Shown here: piece after piece, positions 1-8,920 of the stretch
How positions within the stretch are numbered: the stretch's first letter is position 1
Layout: each line of letters opens with the position of its first letter
NCBI GenBank assembly: GCA_964247055.1
Contig: OZ176054.1
Span: forward strand, 1-64,000
Direction: 5' to 3'
Source: Paragordius varius
Lineage: Eukaryota > Animalia > Nematomorpha
DNA length: 64,000 bases
Made by a program: the position numbers and the translations under genes
Notes under the pieces: model-generated
Told to the model about the DNA's origin: nothing
Database searches by the model: none
The model's input: only the letters and a program-made list of their open reading frames with translations

Positions 1-640
1 AAGTCGTAAAGTTAAAGTTAAAGTTAAAGTTAAAGTAAAGTTACAAGTTAAAGTTAAAGTTCAAAGTTAAAGTTAAAGTTATTAAAAGTTAAAGTTAAGT
101 AAAGTTAAAGTTAAAGTTAAAGTTAAAGTTAAGTTAAAGTTAAGTTAAAGTTAAAGTTAAAGTTAAAGTTAAAGTTAAAGTTAAAGTTAAAGTTAAAGTT
201 AAAGTTAAAGTTAAAGTTAAAGTTAAAGTTAAAGTTAAAGTTAAAGTTAAAGTTAAAGTTAAAGTTAAAGTTAAAGTTAAAGTTAAAGTTAAAGTTACAG
301 TTAAAGTTAAAGTTAAAGTTAAGTTAAGTTAAAGTAAGTTAAAGTTAAAGTTAAAAGTTAAAGTTAAAGTTAAGTTAAAGTTAAAGTTAAAGTTAAAAGT
401 TAAAGTTAAAGTTAAGTTAAAGTTAAAGTAAAGTTAAAGTTAAGTAAAGTTAAAGTTAAGTTAAAGTTAAAGTTAAAGTTCAAAGTTAAAGTTAAAGTTA
501 AAGTTAAAGTTAAAGTTAAAGTTAAAGTTAAAGTTAAAGTTTAAAGTTAAAGTTAAAGTTAAAGTTACAGTTAAAGTTAAGTAAGTTAAAGTTAAGTAAA
601 GTTAAAGTTAAAGTTAAAGTTAAAGTTAAAGTTAAAGTTA
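1..640 (+). repeat. (TTAAAG/AAGTTA)n hexamer tract, about 107 units, many indel variants; G>A version of TTAGGG lying inverted relative to the adjacent telomere array
   Basis: Direct reading: aaagtt repeated with frequent irregular units (aagtt, aaagta, ttacag, gttcaaag). It ends GTTA at 637-640, just before A-TAACCC. Confidence 0.95.
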
Positions 641-641
641 A

Positions 642-1936
642 TAACCCTAACCTAACCCTAACCCTAACCCTAACCCTAACCCTAACCCTAACCCTAACCC
701 TAACCCTAACCCTAACCCTAACCCTAACCCTAACCCTAACCCTAACCCTAACCCTAACCCTAACCCTAACCCTAACCCTAACCCTAACCCTAACCCTAAC
801 CCTAACCCTAACCCTAACCCTAACCCTAACCCTAACCCTAACCCTAACCCTAACCCTAACCCTAACCCTAACCCTAACCCTAACCCTAACCCTAACCCTA
901 ACCCTAACCCTAACCCTAACCCTAACCCTAACCCTAACCCTAACCCTAACCCTAACCCTAACCCTAACCCTAACCCTAACCCTAACCCTAACCCTAACCC
1001 TAACCCTAACCCTAACCCTAACCCTAACCCTAACCCTAACCCTAACCCTAACCCTAACCCTAACCCTAACCCTAACCCTAACCCTAACCCTAACCCTAAC
1101 CCTAACCCTAACCCTAACCCTAACCCTAACCCTAACCCTAACCCTAACCCTAACCCTAACCCTAACCCTAACCCTAACCCTAACCCTAACCCTAACCCTA
1201 ACCCTAACCCTAACCCTAACCCTAACCCTAACCCTAACCCTAACCCTAACCCTAACCCTAACCCTAACCCTAACCCTAACCCTAACCCTAACCCTAACCC
1301 TAACCCTAACCCTAACCCTAACCCTAACCCTAACCCTAACCCTAACCCTAACCCTAACCCTAACCCTAACCCTAACCCTAACCCTAACCCTAACCCTAAC
1401 CCTAACCCTAACCCTAACCCTAACCCTAACCCTAACCCTAACCCTAACCCTAACCCTAACCCTAACCCTAACCCTAACCCTAACCCTAACCCTAACCCTA
1501 ACCCTAACCCTAACCCTAACCCTAACCCTAACCCTAACCCTAACCCTAACCCTAACCCTAACCCTAACCCTAACCCTAACCCTAACCCTAACCCTAACCC
1601 TAACCCTAACCCTAACCCTAACCCTAACCCTAACCCTAACCCTAACCCTAACCCTAACCCTAACCCTAACCCTAACCCTAACCCTAACCCTAACCCTAAC
1701 CCTAACCCTAACCCTAACCCTAACCCTAACCCTAACCCTAACCCTAACCCTAACCCTAACCCTAACCCTAACCCTAACCCTAACCCTAACCCTAACCCTA
1801 ACCCTAACCCTAACCCTAACCCTAACCCTAACCCTAACCCTAACCCTAACCCTAACCCTAACCCTAACCCTAACCCTAACCCTTAACCCTAACCCTAACC
1901 CTAACCCTAACCCTAACCCTAACCCTAACCCTAACC
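642..1936 (-). repeat. Telomere repeat array (TTAGGG)n, read as (TAACCC)n on +; about 216 units; left chromosome end orientation
   Basis: Near-perfect TAACCC repeats. Only a TAACC unit near 648, an extra T near 1883 and a partial innermost unit deviate. C-rich on + at the start of the sequence is the expected polarity for a left telomere. Confidence 0.97.
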
Positions 1937-2670
1937 GCGTCGTCAGTTCGTTTTCAGCATATTTCTTCAGCAATCATTCTATCCGTCGTCAGTCTGTTTC
2001 TGTCCGTCACTTTCTAGCCGTCGTCAGTCATTTTTCAACAATCATCCTATCCGTCGTCAGTCATTTTTCGGAATTCCTCCTATCCGTCGTCAGTCATTTT
2101 TTAGCAATCATTCTATCCGTCGTCAGTCTGTTTTTGTCCGTTCTAGCCGTCGTCAGTTGGTTTTTGTCCCTCCTTTTCTATCCGTCGTCAGTCATTTTTA
2201 ACAATCATCCTATCTGTCGTCAGTCTGTTCTTATCCGTCGTCAGTCATTTTTCAGCAATCATCCTATCCGTCGTCAGTCATTTTTCGGCATTCCTCCTAT
2301 CCGTCGTCAGTCATTTTTTAGCAATCATTTTATCCGTCGTCAGTCTGTTTTTGTCCGTCACTTTCTAGCCGTCGTCAGTTGGTTTTTTGCATTCCCCCTA
2401 TCCGTCGTCACTCATTTTTCAACAATCATCCTATCCGTCGTCAGTCATTTTTCGGCATTCCTCCTATCCGTCGTCAGTCTGTTTTTGTCCCTCCTTTTCT
2501 ATCCGTCGTCAGTCATTTTTAACAATCATCCTATCTGTCGTCAGTCTGTTCTTATCCGTCGTCAGTCATTTTTCAGCAATCATCCTATCCGTTGTCAGTG
2601 ATTTTTCGGCATTCCCCTATCCGTCGTCAGTCATTTTGAACAATCATTCTATGTGTCGTCAGTCTCTTCC
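1937..2670 (+). repeat. Subtelomeric CpG-rich minisatellite, about 23 units of 21-35 bp (mostly about 33 bp), core (T)A(T/G)CCGTCGTCAGT plus variable spacer; outer part of left inverted arm
   Basis: Core ccgtcgtcag recurs from 1983 to about 2660. Spacer classes recur, e.g. cattttt(c)aacaatcatcct, catttttcggcattcctcct, ctgtttttgtccgtcactttct, ctgttctt. Confidence 0.95.
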
Positions 2671-3204
2671 TAGCAGTGGCCAGTTCGTTTGCATTCCTCC
2701 TAACGAGAGATATGAGGAAGTATTTTAAAAAATCGTTAGAAGATATTGAAAAACATATTTAAACATTTCCACCGGAATTCACTTTTAATCACACTATTTT
2801 GTAGGGCATTAATATTTTCCAGACAAATCACAAAATTAACAATTCCACACCCAAATAAATATAAACACTAATTTCCAAATATACAAATGTTTAAGCTTTT
2901 TTATAAATGTTTTTAATACGAGTTTTCAATTATTATTTAATGGTATCTAAAAACTGAAAATATGCTTTTTTCTGTGTTTTATTGTAATAATTAATATAAT
3001 AACCTAGTAAAATCTTAGCATTCCTTAATAATTATGATTTTTACATATATCAATATAATGTTTGTTTAGTTATTTTAACTTACGCTTTATTTGTGGGTTT
3101 TAATTGTTAGCAATATTGATATTTTTTATTTGGGCCATCAATGTTTTACTATGTTTTTTAATACATAAACTAATCATACTTTTCTCGTTATCGTTTAAAA
3201 CGGT
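1937..3204 (+). repeat. Left arm of a large inverted repeat (minisatellite plus about 530 bp unique AT-rich segment)
   Basis: About 2670-3054 is the reverse complement of 8535-8920, and 3055-3204 is the reverse complement of 7533-7685. About 11 mismatches in about 104 bp compared by eye at 2692-2795. Confidence 0.93.
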
Positions 3205-4300
3205 TAGAGATAAAAACTATTATAATTTTTTTATAATCATGTTTTCATAGTTTGGTATTTTGATCCAATATGCATTACGCTATAGATGTGAGTATGGCTA
3301 ATTTTTTTAATAGTATCAAAATTATAAAAATATATTTTTTTTCTGTGTTTTATTATATAGGCTATTTATTAATAATTATAATAATCTAGTATGAATCTTG
3401 CCGCATCTAAAAAATATTTTGATATATCAGTGCATTCATGTTTACTTGTTTTACCTTTTGGGTTATAAGTTTGGCAGCTGGATAACATTATAAATACGAA
3501 AGATAATTATTCTATTTTTGTTGACGATTGGGGTATTAAGCTAGTATGAATCTTGCCGCCCCTAATTTCGCAATGAAATAATGTTCTTATTTTATCTTCT
3601 GCGTTATTTGTGTGTTGATTTTTTTTGCAACATCGATATTTAATTTGGACCATTAATGTTTTTTTACATTTTAAAGCGATTTTTATTTTCTGATCATAGT
3701 TTTAATTGGTCTAACTTTCGCAGCTGGATAACATGTTAAATACAAAAGAGAATTATTCTATTTTTGTTGACAATTATGTGATTTTTTTAGTTTAACTGTG
3801 GGGTATTATGCATTACACTATATATGTGTTTTTTATATTTGCCGCTTAACTTGATGTATGACTAATCTGTTTCTATCAAAAGTAGGTGTTTAATGGCACA
3901 GGCTTTTTAAATAATTAATATAATATTCTAGTAAGAATCTTAGCTCATCTAAATAATTATGATATTTTAAAATATCAGTATCCTGATGCTTACGTTATTT
4001 TTCGAATGCGTTTTTTGTCTGTTGACTTTGTTTGCAATATTGATATTTTCCATTAGACAACATTTTAAAACGTTTATATCTCGTCATTGTTTTAAACGGT
4101 ACGTACGCAGCTTTATAAAGGAATGTGATTTTCATAGTTTATTATACGTGGTCATTATGCATTAGGCTATATATATGTTCATATATTTGTCTCTACCGAT
4201 GTTTACTTATTTTGTCTTATGCGTTTTTTATGTTATAATTTTGTTATTTATATTTTTTATAACATCATAGTTTGTTATTGTATTAAGCTATAGATTGCTT
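3000..4300. repeat. Degenerate AT-rich direct repeats (old multi-copy unit)
   Basis: Recurrent motifs: ctagta(t/a)gaatctt-like near 3004, 3387, 3541, 3929; tgcatta(c/g)(g/a)ctat near 3271, 3809, 4158; gcagctggataacat near 3474 and 3720; gcaatattgatatttt near 3110 and 4034. Confidence 0.7.
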
Positions 4301-4575
4301 TATTGCCGCTAAAATTTGATGCGTGATTAATCTTTATCAGTAACGTACAAATATGTAATTTAAACAAAGTGTTTTTTAACAAAATTTATTTATAAGTCTT
4401 TCCAAAAGGCAAATGAACAGAAAAGAATAATAAAAAAGTTTGATTTTATAGAAAGTTTAATATTTGTTGAATTGCATAAATAATGATAATTTCAAGCCAT
4501 TAAAGTCACTATTTAATCTTCAAGTTTTTCGTTTTTTTAAATATCACTTAATAAACTTTCTTAATTAATATTTTG

Positions 4576-5130
4576 CATTCAACTACAGCATGTAATTTAA
4601 ATATTTTAAATTTAAATTTTACATTTTATAATATGTTTTTAATAAAAGAATATGTTATATAAAAGTATTTATTTATATTGGAGTAAAATTACGTGTTACA
4701 ATAAAATTATTAAACTAAATTTTGCATATTACTTTAATTATTATAATAAATAAATATGGTAGTGATTATTTTTTTTAATATTGAAAAAAATAAATATTTT
4801 TATATCAATTATATTAATAAGTTGTTACATAAAACCGATTAATATTTCACATTCAACTACAGCGTGAATTATATATAATCAATTAAATTTGAATTTGGAA
4901 TTTATTATTATGTTTTTAATGTAAGTCTTTTATATCCTATTATATATTTGAATTAGAACACAGTAATTACGTGTTACAATTAAAATATTATATTAAATTT
5001 TGTATATTGTTTATCATAATGAATAAATCTGGTATTGATCATTTTTTCTAATTAAATAAATAAAAATAATAATAATTTATGTGCAAGATGTTGTTAATAA
5101 AAATTATTTCAATAATATTGATTATAAGTT
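4576..5130. repeat. Diverged tandem duplication, period about 274-278 bp
   Basis: cattcaactacagc at 4576 and 4850; aattacgtgttacaat at 4687 and 4965. Confidence 0.75.
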
Positions 5131-6639
5131 GTGATAAAATAATATCTAATCAACCTAAAACAAGACTAAGCGTTAACATAAAACTATTCTTTTATTTAGG
5201 TTTAACGAATACAAAAATCAATTATTATAAAAATAATTATTTTAGTAAATTTATTGTTTTAAATTATAATCGCATCTAAAACTAAATTAGAATTCGTATT
5301 TAACTGTAGTTTAATTTGCCGTATATATATTTTTACAGATTGTGCTTAAAATAAATAATATAAAAACATTGTTAACAATAATATTATATATTTCAATTTA
5401 CAAATAAATAAATTATGATATTTTTTTAATTTAAATGTTAACTTAAGCGTGTAATTATTTTTATGCATTAATTAATTGACATTTATATTAAAAAAGATAA
5501 AATATAAAAAGTATTTTTTTGTAAATATAGAAAATCAAGGTTATAAAAATTTTAACCATGTTTGGAATTTTTTTTTATTTTGATAAAAACTACAAAAGTT
5601 ATGTTATTAATACGAATTTATTAATATACTTATAAAATAAAAATTTTACGTTTTATAAATATAAAAAACCTGTTATTTGCCTTGATCAATTATCGCATTT
5701 TTATTAGAAAAGACATAAGAAAATGATTAAACATATATGATTTTATGCTTTTTATAAATAATAATATTTTTTGCAAATATTTTTAAAGTTAACAACTTAA
5801 GTTAAAAAAGTAGCTTAAAAAACAATATTAGAATATGTTTATAGCATAAATTTAATATATGTTAGAAATTTGAAAAATATCTTTTTCACGCTAATTTAAA
5901 TTATTTAAAAGTTATTGACACTCTTTGCATTTATTTTAATTAGTGAATATTTGTGGTTTAGATTTTTACTTTACTAAACTCGTTAATCCACTGACATTTT
6001 TTTGATTTTAAATAGATCTCTCAATATCACTTTGTTTTTTATAATCCTTTTGTTTGATCTTTATTTATTTGTAAAAAATGATAACTCAGCTTTAAAATTA
6101 ATAATTTTAACATATATTTACAATCTTAATTGGCCTATAATTTAGTTTCTATTTGCCTTGATTGGTTTGAATAAGCCTAAAAAACCCTATCTAAACAACT
6201 TAAAATTAACATCAAACAATTTTGTATAAAATGCTTTAGCTTTAAAAACTAGGGTATATGATAAAATTCTCAGATTAAATAAACAGGTCAATATATAAAA
6301 AATACATAATTTGAACAACTTGTTGTTTTTATTATACATTACTGTAATTTATTATATGGATGAATAAAATTGTGGGTTTAAATAAGTAAAAGATTAATAA
6401 TTGAGGCAATCATTCGAATTTTCTGACATATCACCATCATATAAGAGTTTTATAAGTAAGAAAGGTGGGTAAAATATAACACCAAAAAGGTGGTAAAAAA
6501 TTGGGATGCTATCATATTTTTTTGTCATTTGATATGTTTTAAAATACCAAACTATGAAAACATGATTATAAAAAAATATAATCGGCCGTTAACGCAGTCC
6601 TAAAAAACAAAAATACATCAGCATCGATCAATCCTATTA

Positions 6640-7179
6640 ATGACACAGAGCACATTGCAACACCGTTCACTTGAATCGCAATCATCTAGTATCCCAATTG
6701 TTCGCAATGTTTGCCTTTCTTACAGCGGATTTTCTGCCAGTCTAGGCAAAATTTTAAAAAGAAAAAAGAATTTTTACTACAAACCTACTGAGAACGTTCT
6801 CACTATGTTGAGAACTCGCGATGTCGAGGTGGAAAACACAATATACAGATTGAATTGTAGTGACTGTCTTGCCAAATATATAGGCCAGTCACAACGCGAC
6901 ATAAAATTGAGGTACAAAGAACACCTAAGATGCAAGAATTCAGCCATGTTCTTACATTGCTTAGACAATGATCACCGTTCTACAACAATAAATATCTTGG
7001 GCATCGAGAAGAAACTAAAGTCTAGACTGGCAAAGGAAGCCTTATACATACAGAGCTTAGAACATGAACTTCTTAATAGGCGAGAAGAGAAAAGAGAAAT
7101 TCACCCAAAAACCAAAATTTTTATAAAAAACCATAATATTTTTATTCCAAAAACTTTATACAGCATTGATATTACTTAA
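6640..7179 (+). CDS. GIY-YIG endonuclease domain of a Penelope-like element (179 aa open frame, ATG start; probably the C-terminal piece of a truncated RT-EN ORF)
   Basis: IYRLNCSDCLAKYIGQSQRDIKLRYKEH gives IY...CxxC...YIGQ...R..EH. This is followed by SAMFLH...H, E(ALYI) and LNR, and preceded by the PLE linker LSYSGFS..LGKILK...YYKP. These motifs match PLE-type GIY-YIG nucleases with the CCHH zinc ligands. Confidence 0.85.
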   Translation: MTQSTLQHRSLESQSSSIPIVRNVCLSYSGFSASLGKILKRKKNFYYKPTENVLTMLRTRDVEVENTIYRLNCSDCLAKYIGQSQRDIKLRYKEHLRCKNSAMFLHCLDNDHRSTTINILGIEKKLKSRLAKEALYIQSLEHELLNRREEKREIHPKTKIFIKNHNIFIPKTLYSIDIT

Positions 7180-7394
7180 ATTTTTTATTTATTATAATAT
7201 GTTTGTTTTGTCTAATGTAGATATATTTAAGTTCCTATAAAAAATATAATGCACATGCGCTCAAGATTGTAACGGTTTTCTTTTATGTTGCTTTCCTTTG
7301 TCTATTATATCAATTTTTAAGCATTGATTTGTCTCACATTTAATTTAATTTTATATTTTTTTTGGTTATACTTTATTTTAACTTTTTTCTTTTA

Positions 7395-7435
7395 ACAACT
7401 GCTGATGATGCCATTGAGCGAAAATTTGAGTCTAT
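7395..7435 (+). ncRNA. Candidate minimal hammerhead ribozyme motif in PLE 3' UTR (possibly degenerate)
   Basis: CTGATGA (7402-7408), T-GC-CATTGA-GC, GAAA (7420-7423), then palindromic AAATTT. Stem I pairing is weak (ACT/AGT) and the expected NUH site reads TTG. Confidence 0.45.
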
Positions 7436-7685
7436 AATAAATTTATTTTTATTTTCTTTCATTATTCACACGACGTTAACACATGAATCTTATTTAACAA
7501 CACTATTTTAACATGTTATCGGCTGCATAAGTACCGTTTTAAACGATAGCAAAAAAAGGATGATTAGTTTGAAATGTACTAAAAAACATAGTAAAATTTT
7601 GATGGCCCAAATAAAAAATATCAATATTGCTAACAATGAAAACACACAAATAAAGCGTAAGTTAAAATAACTAAACAAACATTAT

Positions 7686-8534
7686 TAAATGCAGATATAC
7701 CAAACAAATGAAATTGTACAGTATTTGCTGCAACAAGGCTATCAAAAAGAATGGATTACAACAGCAGTAAACAAAATTTTAAAAAGAAATCTAGCTCTTA
7801 TATTGGCAAATCCAGATGGTTGTGTAAAATAAAAGTAGTTTATAAACCAAATCAAACGTTTTAAAAACGTTAAAGTCTAAGGAAGTGGAACGATATACAA
7901 GAATTGCCCGGCAATTTACATAGGCCAGTCAAAGAGGAACTTAAAGGTAAGATATCAAAAACATTAGAAAAGCAAAAGTTGGGCCACGTTTCTGCATTGC
8001 GTGGATAACAACCATGAATGCTCAAACAGAATTGACGTTTTAGCCGTTGAAAGAAAATATAGTGCAAGGATAACAAAAAAAGCCCTCTTTATAGAGAGCG
8101 CAGAAGATGGTTTGCTTAATCGCTGTGTATAAAGAAAAGCTATAAATTCTGAAACTAAATCATTTATAAAAAAATATCGAATTTTTAATGACAAACCATT
8201 TTATAGTGTAGATATTACTTAAATTTTAATAATTTTACACTTATACATTGTTTCATGTTAAATTATTATTTTATTTACAATTAATTTTTGTGAAAAAAAT
8301 ACACATTTAATTTTTTTACATCACAACGGTGTGATCTTTCTTTCTTTTGTTCACTAACGGTTTGTGATTTTTTTCATATATAAGTAATATCAACCATGAT
8401 TTTGTTCATTTTTTTAATTATTATTTTCTTATATTATATATATTTTTATTAACTAATCTCCAAAAATTTGAGAATTAAAAAATTATATTTTTATTATTTG
8501 CGTTATTTTACGACGATTCCTACATCATTAGTTT
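7686..8534 (+). mobile_element. Penelope-like 3' fragment, copy 2, inserted in the right inverted arm
   Basis: Homology to the left arm stops at 7685 and resumes at 8535 at the adjacent left-arm base. The insert contains the degenerate PLE frame and a 3' UTR collinear with copy 1 (aaaatttgag 241-242 nt and acgacg 288-291 nt after the stop in both). Confidence 0.85.
7689..8222 (+). pseudogene. Frameshifted, stop-containing PLE linker plus GIY-YIG endonuclease
   Basis: Manual translation: MQIYQTNEIVQYLLQQGYQKEWITTAVNKILKRN / SYIGKSRWLCKIKVVYKPNQTF* / NCPAIYIGQSKRNLKVRYQKH*KSKSWATFLHCVDNNHECSNRIDVLAVERKYSARITKKALFIESAEDGLLNRCV*RKAINSETKSFIKKYRIFNDKPFYSVDIT*. It aligns with copy 1 through to YS(I/V)DIT*. 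Confidence 0.85.
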
Positions 8535-8920
8535 ATAGATATTTTAAAAAATCATAATTATTAAGGAGAAGATTCATACTAGGTTATCATATTAATTATT
8601 ACAATAAAACACAGAAAAAAACATATTTTCAGTTTTTAGATACCATTAAATAATAATTAAAAACTTGTATTAAAAACATTTATAAAAAAGCTTAAACATT
8701 TGTATATTTGGAAATTAGTGTTTATATTTATTTGGGTGTGTAATTGTTAATTTTGTGATTTGTCTGGAAAATATTAATGCCCTACAAAATAGTGTGATTA
8801 AAAGTGAATTCCCGTGAAAATGTTTAAATATGCTTTTTGATATCTTCTAACAATTTTTTTAAATACTTCCTCATATCTCTTGAGAGGAGTAATGCAAACG
8901 AACTGGCGACTGCTAGGAAG

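Larger units (their letters stand above)
6540..7480 (+). mobile_element. Penelope-like retroelement (PLE) 3' fragment, copy 1: RT-EN linker, GIY-YIG endonuclease and 3' UTR; no RT core visible
   Basis: EN ORF 6640-7179. A degenerate upstream frame (KL*KHDYKKI*SAVNAVLKN, about 6549-6608) aligns with copy 2 (LLQQGYQKEWITTAVNKILKRN). The 3' UTR is collinear with copy 2. The outer boundaries are approximate. Confidence 0.8.

Noticed and set aside
534-1973. 479 aa minus-strand ORF of GL and VR dipeptide repeats
   Set aside because: It is simply the translation of (TTAGGG)n. The listed start is TTG, and the two nearby minus-strand ATGs (1977, 1960) hit stops within 8 codons. There is no evidence of a gene, although repeat-derived VR/GL peptides from telomeric RNA cannot be excluded from sequence.
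1983-2670. CRISPR-like repeat-spacer appearance
   Set aside because: Spacers are a few recurring related classes rather than unique, the core is only 10-12 bp, there are no cas genes, and the context is a eukaryotic telomere.
2134-2728. ORFs with repeated IRRQSFF (RRxS kinase-site-like) motifs in the left minisatellite
   Set aside because: They start at TTG and are open only because most units are 33 bp. Frames switch at off-length units, and the tail shared with the right arm has two stops here (EEVF*KIVRRY*).
5079-5279. 66 aa ORF
   Set aside because: Short, made of AT-rich codons (I, K, N, L, F, Y), overlaps the decayed tandem duplication, and has no motif.
6495-6535. gatgctatcatatttttttg resembling the satellite segment gatgtcaccataattttttttg
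   Set aside because: The match is short and low in complexity, so it is likely by chance in AT-rich DNA.
4300-6540. Possible transposase or RT remnant in the middle of the inverted block
   Set aside because: No ORF or recognisable motif was found by eye. A tBLASTn/HMM search against Repbase or Dfam proteins would be needed to exclude a highly decayed relic.
6777-8194. Minus-strand ORFs 6777-6968, 7870-8076 and 7964-8194
   Set aside because: They are antisense shadows of the plus-strand PLE endonuclease frames.
7675-8545. Target-site duplication around PLE copy 2 (cattat versus cattag)
   Set aside because: It is imperfect, not positioned exactly at both boundaries, and too short for this base composition.
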